Shown: positions 29,700 through 40,286 of the stretch, one piece after another | How positions within the stretch are numbered: the first letter of the stretch is position 1 | Layout: each line of letters begins with the position of its first letter | From: Tannerellaceae bacterium | GTDB taxonomy: Bacteria > Bacteroidota > Bacteroidia > Bacteroidales > Tannerellaceae | Assembly: GCA_031280435.1 (NCBI GenBank) | Contig: JAITGS010000015.1 | Location: 10,946-74,945, forward strand | Direction: 5' to 3' | Length of the DNA: 64,000 nucleotides | Notes under the pieces: generated by a model | What the model was told of the DNA's origin: nothing | Seen by the model: only the letters and a program-made list of their open reading frames with translations | Database searches by the model: none | Program-made: the position numbers and the translations under genes

Positions 29700-31124
29700 A
29701 TGAGAAGAAAACTGTTTTTCATACTATTGCTTCCGGCATTGTTGCATACGGCACATGCGCGGGTGAAATTGCCGCCGCAAATATGCGACAATATGGTGCT
29801 CCAGCAGCAAACCGAGGCATGCCTGTGGGGAGAAGCTGCGCCTAATTCGGTTTTGAAGATAGCGTCGTCGTGGAAAGCACAGGCATCGGTGAATGTTGGG
29901 CCCGACGGGCGCTGGAAAACACATTTGCATACGCCTTCCGCCTCATACGACCCGCATACAATAACCATATCCGACAAAGACGGCGTGACGGTTGTAAAGA
30001 ACGTTTTGGTAGGCGAGGTATGGTTTTGCTCCGGACAGTCGAACATGGAAATGCCTCTGCAAGGCTTCAACCGTTCGCCCATCGACAATGCGAATATCAC
30101 CATATCCGAAGCGATAAATTATCCCGGCATAAGGATGGCTACTATTGCGCAAAAGGCTGCTATGGAGCCGCAAGAGTATGCCGAAGGGGTCTGGAAGGAA
30201 TCGAATGCCGACAATGCTCCGGAGTTCAGTGCTGCGGCCTATCACTTTGCGCTGAGATTGAATCGCACTATGCATATTCCTATCGGAATTATACATTGTT
30301 CGTGGGGCGGTTCGCGCGTGGAGGGCTGGATGCCGCGCAATATGCTTGAGGATTTAGGTGAAGACATAAGCATGGCGAGCTCTACGGCGCCCGGCATAAT
30401 GTACATGAAGCCTATGATTATGTATAACGGCATGCTCAGTCCGCTGGTAAACTATACGATCCGAGGTTTTTTGTGGTACCAGGGATGCAGTAATGTTGAT
30501 CATCACGATACTTATGCCGAAAGAATGGCGATGATGGTTGATCATTGGCGCAGTCTTTGGGGGCTTGGAGAAATACCTTTCTATTATGTGGAAATAGCTC
30601 CGTACAAGCATGATCGCACCGAAACGGGCGTCAATGGGGCGCTTCTCCGGGAGGCGCAATTCAAGGCTCAGCGGATAATTCCGAACTCTGCAATGATTAC
30701 GACAAATGATTTGGTAAAGCCGTATGAGAGCGGGCAGGTTCACCCTTCGAACAAAACGGATATAGGCGAGCGTTTGGCATGGTTGGCTTTGCATAAAACG
30801 TATAACTATAAGGGCATATTGGCCGATTATCCTGTGTTTGAGAGGATGGAAATAGGAGGAAATGCGGTGAAGGTGTTTTTTGCCAATGCTCCGCAGGGCT
30901 TTTTGTTGCGCACAGGAGGCTACTACGGTTTTGAGGTGGCCGGAAAGGATAAAATATTTCATGCTGCGAGAGCTACGCCTATGATGATGGGCGGGGCTGT
31001 GATGGTTGTGTCCGACAGCGTGCCGGAGCCTGTTGCTGTGCGTTATTGCTTCCGTAATTTTCAGGTGGGGAATCTGACGAGTTCGGGGATGCCGGCATTT
31101 CCGTTTCGCTCGGATAATTGGTGA
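29700..31124 (+). CDS. Sialate O-acetylesterase-family (SGNH) carbohydrate esterase
   Basis: DNMVLQQ, GEVWFCSGQSNME, WGGSRVE, LWYQG, HPSNK, PVAVRY, PFRSDNW. Confidence 0.9.
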   Translation: MRRKLFFILLLPALLHTAHARVKLPPQICDNMVLQQQTEACLWGEAAPNSVLKIASSWKAQASVNVGPDGRWKTHLHTPSASYDPHTITISDKDGVTVVKNVLVGEVWFCSGQSNMEMPLQGFNRSPIDNANITISEAINYPGIRMATIAQKAAMEPQEYAEGVWKESNADNAPEFSAAAYHFALRLNRTMHIPIGIIHCSWGGSRVEGWMPRNMLEDLGEDISMASSTAPGIMYMKPMIMYNGMLSPLVNYTIRGFLWYQGCSNVDHHDTYAERMAMMVDHWRSLWGLGEIPFYYVEIAPYKHDRTETGVNGALLREAQFKAQRIIPNSAMITTNDLVKPYESGQVHPSNKTDIGERLAWLALHKTYNYKGILADYPVFERMEIGGNAVKVFFANAPQGFLLRTGGYYGFEVAGKDKIFHAARATPMMMGGAVMVVSDSVPEPVAVRYCFRNFQVGNLTSSGMPAFPFRSDNW

Positions 31125-31211
31125 CAACGGCTTTTTGAAATAGGAAATATGCATCAATACCACGCACAGATGAGGCCGCTTATGGCATGTGCGTGGTATT
31201 CTAAACGATAA

Positions 31212-32309
31212 ATGAGTATTGTGAAACGTCCTTGGGTGGCTACCGTGTGGGAAAAAATGAGCGGAGGCAAGGGGGCTCCGTTTAATAAGCGGGTGGCTTT
31301 TTTGCTGGCCGTATGCATCAGTTTGTTGATGAATGTAATGTTTTTGATAATGTTCATATTCAGCCGCGAGAGTGCATCGGTGAGTTATGAGGAATCGGGA
31401 CATTTGTTAAGGCCGGATATTACTTTCATGAGGATCTGCTTTACGTTTACAGTGGCGTTTTCGTTGTACAATATATATTTCCGGCTGCTGAATCACAGTT
31501 GGTTTTCGCGTAGGGAAAACAGTGCTTATGCGATACTGCTGCTGATGCTGTGCACGGCGACAATCAGCATGGGATGTACGTGGCTGCGTCTGAATCTTGA
31601 AAGTTATCCGGCAGAGGGATATAAGTGGGTGATAATAGGCAGTATGGTGAGCGATTATTTTCTGACGATAGTTATCATTCTTTCATCTCAGCTTCTGTAC
31701 TATTATAATAAGCAGCAAAAGACGCTGATTGAACATGAGGCGCTCCAGGCGAAATACATGCGGGCCAGATTTATGGTGCTGAAGAAGCAATTGGATCCTC
31801 ATTTCCTGTTTAATTCGCTTAATACTCTTAATTCGTTGATAAAAGTGGACGCCGACAAGGCGCAGGAGTATATACAGCAGCTATCCTTTGTTTTCCGTTA
31901 TACGCTTCAGAACAAGGAAATAATAACGCTGGAGGAGGAACTGAAGTTTACCCTGGCCTATTGCCACTTGATGCAAATAAGATATGGAAGCAGCCTGCTG
32001 TTTGCAACAAGGGTTGATGAGGCTTATTTTCCCCGCTTTATTGTTCCGTTAAGCCTGCAAACGCTTACGGAGAATGCAATAAAGCATAACGTTGCGAGCA
32101 ACAAACAGCCGCTAACGGTGAATATATCGACCACCGATGCGGGCACTATTATGGTGGCTAACCGTATACAGCCGAAAATTGATACCGAAACCGGCGAGGG
32201 TATTGGATTGTCAAACCTTTCGGAGCGTTATCGTCTGCTATGGGACAAAGAGATTGTAATAAGAAATACGGGAGAAATGTTTGAAGTAGAAATTCCTTTG
32301 ATCAGATGA
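31212..32309 (+). CDS. LytS/YehU-family sensor histidine kinase
   Basis: N-terminal TM helices; QLDPHFLFNSLN, LQTLTENAIKH, GIGLSNL..R. Confidence 0.92.
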   Translation: MSIVKRPWVATVWEKMSGGKGAPFNKRVAFLLAVCISLLMNVMFLIMFIFSRESASVSYEESGHLLRPDITFMRICFTFTVAFSLYNIYFRLLNHSWFSRRENSAYAILLLMLCTATISMGCTWLRLNLESYPAEGYKWVIIGSMVSDYFLTIVIILSSQLLYYYNKQQKTLIEHEALQAKYMRARFMVLKKQLDPHFLFNSLNTLNSLIKVDADKAQEYIQQLSFVFRYTLQNKEIITLEEELKFTLAYCHLMQIRYGSSLLFATRVDEAYFPRFIVPLSLQTLTENAIKHNVASNKQPLTVNISTTDAGTIMVANRIQPKIDTETGEGIGLSNLSERYRLLWDKEIVIRNTGEMFEVEIPLIR

Positions 32310-33064
32310 AAATCGTAATAATTGAGGATGAAAATATGGCGGCGGAGGCGCTTCGCCGGCTTATCACGGAGGTGTATCCCGGGACGGAGGTTGTGGCGGA
32401 GCTGCAGTCGATTGTTGAAAGTGTTGAGTGGTTTCAGACGTCGGATGCTCCGGATTTGGTATTTATGGATATACATCTTGCGGACGGTTCGGCCTTTAAC
32501 ATATTTGACAAAACAACTGTGGCCTGCCCTGTTGTCTTTACGACTGCTTACGACGAGTACGCTCTTAAGGCTTTTGAGGTGAACAGTATTGACTACCTCC
32601 TGAAACCTATCAATAAGAAGGATTTGCGTCGTGCTATCGACAAATATCGCGGCCTGTCTATGCACGGCAGGGATGCGGAGCTCATCGGCAACATGCTTTT
32701 GAACATTAAGCAGAATGTCGTTGCCTACAAATCTTATTTCCTCGTGCTAGAGCGGGATAAATTGATTCCTCTTGCTGCAAAGGATGTGGCATATATATGC
32801 ATAGACGCCCGAATGGTTAAGGCTATCACCATGAGCCGACGTACTTACTGCCTCGACCTTCCGCTTGACGACTTGATGCATAAGCTCGACCCCAAGCTTT
32901 TTTTCAGGGCCAACCGTCAATATATTATCTCGCACGATGCGGTTAAGGATATCTCCATCTGGTTTGGCGGAAAACTATCTGTTAACCTGCATATTGGGCC
33001 GCCGGAGAGGATTTTGATCAGCAAAGCTCGCGTTAGCGACTTCAAGAAGTGGTTTGCGGGATAA
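32306..33064 (+). CDS. LytTR-family response regulator
   Basis: IIEDE, DLVFMDIHLADG, FTTAYDEYA, DYLLKP, FFRANRQ. Confidence 0.94.
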   Translation: MKIVIIEDENMAAEALRRLITEVYPGTEVVAELQSIVESVEWFQTSDAPDLVFMDIHLADGSAFNIFDKTTVACPVVFTTAYDEYALKAFEVNSIDYLLKPINKKDLRRAIDKYRGLSMHGRDAELIGNMLLNIKQNVVAYKSYFLVLERDKLIPLAAKDVAYICIDARMVKAITMSRRTYCLDLPLDDLMHKLDPKLFFRANRQYIISHDAVKDISIWFGGKLSVNLHIGPPERILISKARVSDFKKWFAG

Positions 33065-33083
33065 GCTTAGCGCACTATTGAGC

Positions 33084-33445
33084 TGCTCGATCATGCTGCC
33101 AACATTGTTGAAAGCTCCACCGACTTGCTCGATCACGCTGCCAACATTGTCGAAAGCTCGATCGACTTGCTCGATCACGCTGCCAACATTGTCGAAAGCT
33201 TGATCGACTTGCTCGATCATGCTGCCAACATTGTCGAAAGCTTGATCGACTTGCTCGATCATGCCGCCAACATTGTCGAAAGCATGAACGACTTGCTCGA
33301 TCACGCCGTCAACATTGTTGAAAGCTCGCCCGGCAACTCGATCACGCCGTCAACATTGTTGAAAGCTCCACCGACTTGCTCGATCATCCCGTCAACATTG
33401 TTGAAAGCTCCACCGACTTGCTCGATCAAGCCGTCAACATTGTTG
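33084..33445. repeat. Tandem array E, 42-bp period, about 9 units
   Basis: ctcgatc at 33086, 33128 ... 33296, 33337, 33379, 33421; unit ttgctcgatcacgctgccaacattgtcgaaagctcgatcgac. Confidence 0.95.
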
Positions 33446-33563
33446 GGCGGTTGATTTTCCGGGCTTCTATGAGCTGATATTATGGGGGTTGAGAATTGCG
33501 GGAAAGGGGAGCGCGCGGATAACTTGCCGCCGGATTATCCTGCCGATAGCCGCTTTGATACAT

Positions 33564-33599
33564 AAAAGGCCGCCGAATATATGTCCGACGGCCTCTTTT
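33564..33599. terminator. Probable bidirectional intrinsic terminator
   Basis: aaaaggccgccg...cgacggcctctttt between convergent genes. Confidence 0.55.
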
Positions 33600-33624
33600 G
33601 GGTAGCCCGTATTGAGAGGTTTGC

Positions 33625-34299
33625 TCACTTGAGCGTACCCTGGCGGGCTTCGTTGATCATCTTTTCGTTTGCAAGAATAAGGATTTCGACACGGCGGTTT
33701 TGCTGCCGGCCGGCCGCCGAGATATTGTCGGCAACGGGTTCGCGATAGCCTTTGCCTTCGTAATTCATACGACCGGCGTTGACGCCTTGTCCGCGAAGGT
33801 AGTCGAACACGCTTTGAGCGCGTTTTTCCGACAGGGTTTGGTTGAGGTCGGCTCCACCGGTATTGTCGGTATGCCCCACGATGCGGAGGTATGTGTCGGG
33901 ATTGCTGCGGAGGTTGACGGAGAAGTTGGAAAGGGAATTTCGTGAAGCGTTGCTGAGTGCGCTGGAGTTTGTCGCAAAGAGGATTCCGGAGTCGAAGGTT
34001 ACTCGGAGGGCCTCACCATTGTTCACTGTTTCCACTTTTGCATCGGGCACTGCTGCTTCGAGCTCCTTTTTTTGTTTATCCATTTTCTTGCCTATCAAGG
34101 CTCCGGCGGTTCCTCCCACTGCGGCTCCGATGACTGCTCCCAAGGCGGTGTTTTTTGCCGCGGCGCCTATTCCGGCTCCAACAGCGGCGCCGGCTCCTAC
34201 TCCTATGGCTGTGCCTTTGACCGCGTTGCTCGCACCGCATCCGGACAGCAGTATGGCCATTGATAATGCAAGGGCCGTTAAAGCATTAATCTTTTTCAT
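33625..34299 (-). CDS. OmpA-family lipoprotein with glycine zipper
   Basis: Lipobox LSGC, Gly-zipper, FDSGILF, GHTDNTG...N..LS..RA, NRRVEI. Confidence 0.92.
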   Translation of the reverse strand: MKKINALTALALSMAILLSGCGASNAVKGTAIGVGAGAAVGAGIGAAAKNTALGAVIGAAVGGTAGALIGKKMDKQKKELEAAVPDAKVETVNNGEALRVTFDSGILFATNSSALSNASRNSLSNFSVNLRSNPDTYLRIVGHTDNTGGADLNQTLSEKRAQSVFDYLRGQGVNAGRMNYEGKGYREPVADNISAAGRQQNRRVEILILANEKMINEARQGTLK

Positions 34300-34319
34300 T
34301 CTTCTTTGTTATAAAACGC

Positions 34320-34640
34320 TTACTCTTCGTTGTTATTCAGGGATTCGCAATATGCGACTTCGCCATCCAGAATCCATTCTATGTCTTCAACGGTATATTC
34401 GCCAACCTTGTCTTTACGGGCATTGCTGATGATGAAGTCCAATATTTCTTGCTCGTATTGCTCGTAGTCGTCGTCGGTTGGTTCGACGTCGCCTTTTTTG
34501 TCATAAAATTCGTCGACGAGGTCGAGTATATACAGGATGTCGTCGTCGGTGAATTTGTTTTTCAGTTCTTGGGGAAGGTAGTTTTGTATGAATCGTACGG
34601 AGTCATCTTCGTCGTACTTAAATCCGTCATTTGTTGTCAT
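34320..34640 (-). CDS. Small acidic hypothetical protein
   Basis: Protein-like ORF (YDEDDSVRFIQNYLP...ILDGEVAYCES) co-oriented and tightly packed in an operon. Confidence 0.75.
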   Translation of the reverse strand: MTTNDGFKYDEDDSVRFIQNYLPQELKNKFTDDDILYILDLVDEFYDKKGDVEPTDDDYEQYEQEILDFIISNARKDKVGEYTVEDIEWILDGEVAYCESLNNNEE

Positions 34641-34663
34641 GTTATTTTCGGTTTAATTGGATT

Positions 34664-36721
34664 CTATTTTTCTATCCTTATTCTCGCATCTACGGCAAAC
34701 AGGCCGCGTTCGGTTCCGAGCAAGGGATTTATGTCTATTTCTTTGATTTCGGGCGATAGGCGCAGCAGTGTGGACAGGCGCACTATTATGTCGGCATATT
34801 GCTGCTCGTTTATACCCTTTTGCCCTCGCGTTCCTTTTATTATGGGATAGCCCCGAAGGGAGCGGATCATTGAGAATGTTTCATCGTAGGATAGCGGGGC
34901 AAGTCCGTAGGATACGTCTTGCAGTACTTCGACGAATATGCCTCCGAGGCCGCACAAAACGATATGCCCGAAGCGGTCTTCGTAGCTTGCACCGAGGAAG
35001 AGCTCCTGTCCCTTCAGCATGGGCTGTATCATAATGGAGCTGACGTCGGGAAGACGAATCATGCGCTCGTATTCAAACATGAGGTGCTCTTCACTGCGGA
35101 TGTTGAGGGCCACTCCGCCTATGTCGCTTTTATGCACGGGGCCTACGACTTTGAGCACAACGGGGTATTTCACCTTCCGGGCGAATGCGGCAAGCTCGTC
35201 GCGGTCGGTGGTTACCAATTCCTCTACAAGCGGAATGTCGGCGGTACGCAGGATGCGGCGTACGTTGTCCGGCGTTTGATAGCCGTCGGGAAGGCTGTCT
35301 ATCATGCGGCGTATTTCGGGAACGTTAACTCCGTATATCTGTATGTCCATGCCGGCCGGCTTGGGAGTGTTAATGACTCTCGACAGTGCTGTGCCGAGCG
35401 TAACCTCGTCGGAGAAGTTTACGTGCCCTTTGCGTATGAAGCTCTTCACTTCGGGGCCTGCGGTGACGATAGAGGGGAGGATCGGGAAGATGGGCTTCCG
35501 GCATTCTTCCATTTTTTTGTGCAGCACTTCGTAGGTATCATAAAGCTTTACAAGTCCGGGGCTGCCGAATATAACCATCATAAGATCGATCTCCTCAAAA
35601 CGGCTCTCGCAATAGTCGATGGCCGTTGCCAGGTGCTCCGGCGTTCCGGTACCAATAATGTCGATAGGATTGCCTACGGCCGAGCCGGGATAGAGCTTCG
35701 CTTTGAGTTCGTCGGCTACGGGCCCTTCGAGGTTCGGAACATTCACACGGCCTTTCGACAATGCATCGGCAAGCATCACAGCCGGGCCGCCCGCATGGGT
35801 CACGATAGCGCAGTTCTTGCCTTTGATTTCCTTCAGGGTGAAGATGCATGCCACGGTCGCCAGCTCTTCGCGGCTGAAGCACCTCACGATTCCGGCCTTG
35901 CGGAATAATGCTTCCACGGCGGAGTCCGAGCTTGCGATTGCTCCCGTATGCGATGAGGCTGCCCGCTTTCCGGTATCGGTGCTTCCGGCTTTGATGGCGG
36001 CAATCCTGCATCCCTTTCGGATGAGCGACGAAGCATGGAACAGAAGCTTGTCCGGATTCTTGATGCTTTCCACATAAAGCATCTTAATCCTGGAGCTAAG
36101 TACCGGATCGAAATTATGATCCATATATTCCAAGATATCCTCCACGCCTATCTGCCTTGAATTGCCCACCGACCACACCGACGAGAAGCGCAATCCCTTA
36201 GTCAGAGCCGACTCTATAATGAACAGTGCAGTACCTCCCGAACTTGATATGAAATCTACTCCGTCGGGATGAAACTCCGGCACCGGCTGCGTGAACACGC
36301 CGTGATAGTTAGTGTTCATCATCCCGATGCAGTTCGGCCCTATCATTGATGCTTCGGCTTCGTTCACGGTGGCAAGGATCCTGTCTTCGAGCACTGCCCC
36401 TTCGGGCGATTCTTCGCCAAAGCCGGCCGACACTATTATGAAGGCCTTCACATTCTTATGCCGAGCCAGCGTTTCAACTACGTCGGGGCACGAAGTGCCG
36501 GGAATCGACACTATTGCCATCTCCGTGTCCGGTATCTCATGCACGTTCGCGTACGACTTCAGTCCCTGGACTTCGGTCTCTTTGGCATTCACCACGTATA
36601 ACTCACCCTTGTACTTCCCATCGAGCAGATTCCTTACGATTCGGCCTCCGGGCTTATGCACATTGTTGGAACCGCCTACTATTACTATGCTTTGCGGATC
36701 TATTAATTCTCTGTTTATCAT
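34664..36721 (-). CDS. Acetate--CoA ligase (ADP-forming) family, fused alpha/beta
   Basis: IVIVGGS, IGPNCIG, AASSHTGAIA, NPID, YPVVLK...HKSDIGGV, EIDINPL, AVDARI. Confidence 0.9.
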   Translation of the reverse strand: MINRELIDPQSIVIVGGSNNVHKPGGRIVRNLLDGKYKGELYVVNAKETEVQGLKSYANVHEIPDTEMAIVSIPGTSCPDVVETLARHKNVKAFIIVSAGFGEESPEGAVLEDRILATVNEAEASMIGPNCIGMMNTNYHGVFTQPVPEFHPDGVDFISSSGGTALFIIESALTKGLRFSSVWSVGNSRQIGVEDILEYMDHNFDPVLSSRIKMLYVESIKNPDKLLFHASSLIRKGCRIAAIKAGSTDTGKRAASSHTGAIASSDSAVEALFRKAGIVRCFSREELATVACIFTLKEIKGKNCAIVTHAGGPAVMLADALSKGRVNVPNLEGPVADELKAKLYPGSAVGNPIDIIGTGTPEHLATAIDYCESRFEEIDLMMVIFGSPGLVKLYDTYEVLHKKMEECRKPIFPILPSIVTAGPEVKSFIRKGHVNFSDEVTLGTALSRVINTPKPAGMDIQIYGVNVPEIRRMIDSLPDGYQTPDNVRRILRTADIPLVEELVTTDRDELAAFARKVKYPVVLKVVGPVHKSDIGGVALNIRSEEHLMFEYERMIRLPDVSSIMIQPMLKGQELFLGASYEDRFGHIVLCGLGGIFVEVLQDVSYGLAPLSYDETFSMIRSLRGYPIIKGTRGQKGINEQQYADIIVRLSTLLRLSPEIKEIDINPLLGTERGLFAVDARIRIEK

Positions 36722-36847
36722 TGCTTATATTGTTTGATTTCGAGCTATGCAAACTTACGTAAATTCCCTGAAACTGCGCTTTTGCGCATAGCCGGCATGT
36801 TCTCTCCATAGCTCATTTTTCGGTTCCTTATTATATACTTTGCCCGC

Positions 36848-37555
36848 TCAGCATCTCACTGCCCTTCGTTTGAACCCGATCCGTCCCTTTTCCTTAGCCT
36901 TCTCGATAGCTTCACTTGCAACGGCAACGGAGCAGGCTCCTTTTTCGGTAGAGACTTTCACTTTGCCTATTTTGAGGGCCGCATCAAGGGCATCTTCGTG
37001 TAAGGGGAGGTAGGATACTCCTACTGCAATCACAAAATTGTTCATTGCATAGCGAGTCCGATTCGGTTGATCGTGAATGCTGTCGGCCGCTCGCTCCAGC
37101 ATCTTCTTGATTTTCGATTGGTCAAATTCACAGTCGGGGCGCCATCCCAACAGCCATTCGTAGCAGGACCATCCGGCCGACATCTTCAGCTCCAATCCGC
37201 TTTCTATCCAGCGATCGGCAACTTTCTGCGCAATCGGAGCCTCGGCAAGCGTAACGGCTACAACATAGTCCGACAGCATAAAAAAATACGCTGCATCTAT
37301 CCAGCGTTCGAAATCTTCTTCCGTCATCAGAGTAGGGTCGGCAATCATTCCGGCAAAATACATAGCATCGTAATTGCCCGTGGCATACAATTGCTCGGCC
37401 AGCGCCTGATCGCGCTTAATCTTTTTCGCGAGAGGTCGCATTGCCGTTGTGGGAGTGCCGAAGTGCGGCTCATGTACCCCGTGAGCTTTATAAACTTTCT
37501 TGGTTTGTGCGGTTGACAGCGCTTCAAGTTCGCGCATTACTTCTTCTATATTCAT
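36848..37555 (-). CDS. DNA alkylation repair protein (AlkD-like HEAT repeats)
   Basis: LAEQLYATGNYDAMYFAG, RTRYAMNNFVIAVG, GRIGFKR..VRC; TAACTTTG box upstream at 37592-37599. Confidence 0.8.
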   Translation of the reverse strand: MNIEEVMRELEALSTAQTKKVYKAHGVHEPHFGTPTTAMRPLAKKIKRDQALAEQLYATGNYDAMYFAGMIADPTLMTEEDFERWIDAAYFFMLSDYVVAVTLAEAPIAQKVADRWIESGLELKMSAGWSCYEWLLGWRPDCEFDQSKIKKMLERAADSIHDQPNRTRYAMNNFVIAVGVSYLPLHEDALDAALKIGKVKVSTEKGACSVAVASEAIEKAKEKGRIGFKRRAVRC

Positions 37556-37637
37556 GGTATTTTCAATTTTATATTAATGATATGAACGCAACAAAGTTAG
37601 AAATTGTTCCGATTTCCGGAGTGGCCTGCAACGGCCA

Positions 37638-38045
37638 CTAATGCTCTCAAAGAAATGCAATCCAAACCCGCTCCAACCAACATTCTCCCCATCCGCTATT
37701 GCATCATAACGCTTCAGTTTCACTCCATTTCAGCCACAAAATCATTCCCTATGTGAACATAAACTTCATAACAATTAGATTCTGCGTTGAATGAATCATC
37801 ATCCGATTTCTATTTAATTGCATTACGATAGGCTTCCGGATACATCCCAGGAGAACTATAAGCAAGGCTGATACGGTCGTAGCACACCGACTTCAGAACT
37901 TCTATAAGTATAGTATCAGCTTGTTTTCAGCTCTATGGACGATTACAATGCTTCAACTGCCTGTTCGTAGCGGCTTTCGATTCCTGTTACCCATTCTTCG
38001 ATTCTTCAGGAACATAATATTGCTCGTCCGAATGTGTATTTAAAG
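37638..38045 (-). pseudogene. Possible decayed low-GC gene remnant
   Basis: Minus-strand fragments read as protein-like (IEEWVTGIESRYEQAVEAL*, DTILIEVLKSVCYDRIS...AIK*, YEVYVHIG) but are broken by stops and frameshifts; no ORF of 60 aa or more. Confidence 0.3.
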
Positions 38046-38181
38046 AGTTGTTTTTAATTGCAATACAACAATCAACTTCGATTTCAATTCAATAGTTCGA
38101 GAGGCGCCATGTTTCAATCATTATACATCATAATTTATTGAAAACGGATTGCCTCACGAACTATTTTTTGCTCAATAAAAA

Positions 38182-40194
38182 CTATTGGTTAATCTCTATG
38201 CTCACGCCTCCCATCAACCAGAAACCGGGCTGCGGAAGATTACCCTTGTCGAAATAATATCGGTTAAATAGATTATTAATGTGAAGGAATATTCCGACAT
38301 CGTCTATTCGTTTGTTTAGCGACAGATCGAGAGTAGAGAAGGCCGGGAAAGGCTCGTCGCCCACTTTGACCTGATTTTCGAACTTTTCATACGTTCCCAT
38401 CCTGTTTTGATACCTGAAATACCAGCTCACATTCATCAGCTTACCAAGCGGATGCGACAATCGTGCCGTTAGTTTGTCGCGCAGGTAATTCAGGGTATAG
38501 GCCGAAATCATTCCGCGGGTATCGGCCTTCTGTATCATCCGGGTATAGCCCAGCGAAGCCGTTGTGAAGCGGTTTATACGCAGATTTATGTCGGCTTCAA
38601 TTCCGCGCGTATTAACTTGGGTATGGTTCCACGATGCCCAGCGGGTATCGTTAGGAGTGTATTTAATCCAATCTATCAAATCTTTTCCGTGGAGAACGAA
38701 GCCGGTCAGACTTGCGCTTATGACCTTGCCTCTGTACCGCAACCCGGCCTCTATGGATTCGGATTTTTCAGGGAGCAGCCCTGCATTGCCGTCATGCGTC
38801 TCGGTTGTATAATATAGATCTGTGAATGTGGGCATGCGCGTTGATTTTCTCCATAAAACGGAAGCCTGCCAGCTCGCAGTAGGCTTCCACGAGGCGGCAA
38901 CGGAGGGAAACCAGCCCGGTTTGGCACCTGTCAAGGTTGTAGAGTACAGCATAATGCCCGCCGATACCGACACCTTCCGCAGAATGATGCTATGTTCGAT
39001 AAAGGCTGAGCTATTTGTACGTTCGTCGGCCATGCGGTAGTTGTCCTTTGGCATTTTCATCGGTTTGCCGAGCACGCTGCTGAGTATTTCCTCCCTCTTC
39101 AGCTCGCCGCCAAGGCTTGTAGTCCCCAGGTTCGAGCGAATCACTCCGGAAAGAAGTGCGCTATATGTATCGTTACAATGAAAATTTCTACCGGATTCGC
39201 TTCCTTTAGTGAGTTCGAATCGATCGTAATGCCGATTCCATAAAATGGCGGGGATTAATCTGAACTTTCCTTTACCTAATTCGGCTCTGATCGACCCGAG
39301 CCTTGTTCCGGTTTGTTCGTACTGATTGGGGAAGCGGGCTGAGTAAAAAGTGCTGGCGCCGTAGCTTTTATCATTGTATCCGAGTTGCAAATCAATCTTG
39401 GCGGCCTCCGATTGGAAGCGGGATTGCCATAGCGCATTGTAGATGGAATAGTCACTGTTCTTCATATATCCCGCGGAGGACTTGTTTGACGCAGATATGG
39501 AGTGAGTTGTGGCCCCTATACTTCCGGCGAGCCTCATTGCAACCCCTTTCAGCTTATACATTCCCGCCTCCATGCCCGCATGCAGTGTCCGTTCCTTGTT
39601 TTTCTTCGTAATGATATTAATTCCGCCTGAAAATGCCCCCGCTCCGTAGGCAAGGGCTGCCGGTCCGTGTACAATTTCAATGCGCTCAATATCCGAAAGG
39701 TTAACCGGAACATCCATGGCATAATGTCCCGTGTGAGCATTTGCAAGGTTTATTCCATTGAGTAACACCGCATTTTGATCGAACGAACCTCCGCGTATGG
39801 AAATGTCCGCCTGAACTCCATGGGGGCCGCGCTGTACAATATCAACATTCGCCACATTCACAAGCAAATCCTGTATGCTCTGCACCGGGGCCGTCCGGAT
39901 TTGCTCGGAAGTGATGACGGTCACAGGCGCTATCATTCTATAAGCCGAAGCGTCAAGGCGAGAGGCGCTTACGGTCACTTCGGCCAGCTCGTGCTCGAGT
40001 TCATTCTCACGACTTTCCACCGCTACCTGGGTTTGACCTTTTACAGGCGATACAATCATCGCCGACAAAACGCTGCCCGCAACTATGCCTATACTTATCA
40101 CCTTTTTCAAACTATTGAACACAGCATAGCTCGTTCTTGTAAATCTTTTAAAACGAAAAGAATTAATACTATTCAAAATCTTTTTTCTGTTCAT
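38182..40194 (-). CDS. TonB-dependent receptor (BtuB-like plug/barrel)
   Basis: EVTVSASR, DISIRGG, DIERIEIVHGP...YG..AFSGGINIITK, LLPEKS, NNLFN; start MNRKK at 40194; TACCTTTG box at 40222-40229. Confidence 0.88.
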   Translation of the reverse strand: MNRKKILNSINSFRFKRFTRTSYAVFNSLKKVISIGIVAGSVLSAMIVSPVKGQTQVAVESRENELEHELAEVTVSASRLDASAYRMIAPVTVITSEQIRTAPVQSIQDLLVNVANVDIVQRGPHGVQADISIRGGSFDQNAVLLNGINLANAHTGHYAMDVPVNLSDIERIEIVHGPAALAYGAGAFSGGINIITKKNKERTLHAGMEAGMYKLKGVAMRLAGSIGATTHSISASNKSSAGYMKNSDYSIYNALWQSRFQSEAAKIDLQLGYNDKSYGASTFYSARFPNQYEQTGTRLGSIRAELGKGKFRLIPAILWNRHYDRFELTKGSESGRNFHCNDTYSALLSGVIRSNLGTTSLGGELKREEILSSVLGKPMKMPKDNYRMADERTNSSAFIEHSIILRKVSVSAGIMLYSTTLTGAKPGWFPSVAASWKPTASWQASVLWRKSTRMPTFTDLYYTTETHDGNAGLLPEKSESIEAGLRYRGKVISASLTGFVLHGKDLIDWIKYTPNDTRWASWNHTQVNTRGIEADINLRINRFTTASLGYTRMIQKADTRGMISAYTLNYLRDKLTARLSHPLGKLMNVSWYFRYQNRMGTYEKFENQVKVGDEPFPAFSTLDLSLNKRIDDVGIFLHINNLFNRYYFDKGNLPQPGFWLMGGVSIEINQ

Positions 40195-40286
40195 ACTATT
40201 TGAATTTAAAATTATTGTCGGCAAAGGTAAACAAATCTCGATCGACTGCATTGTCGTTCGGATTTTCCTCCTTCATTAAAAATCAG

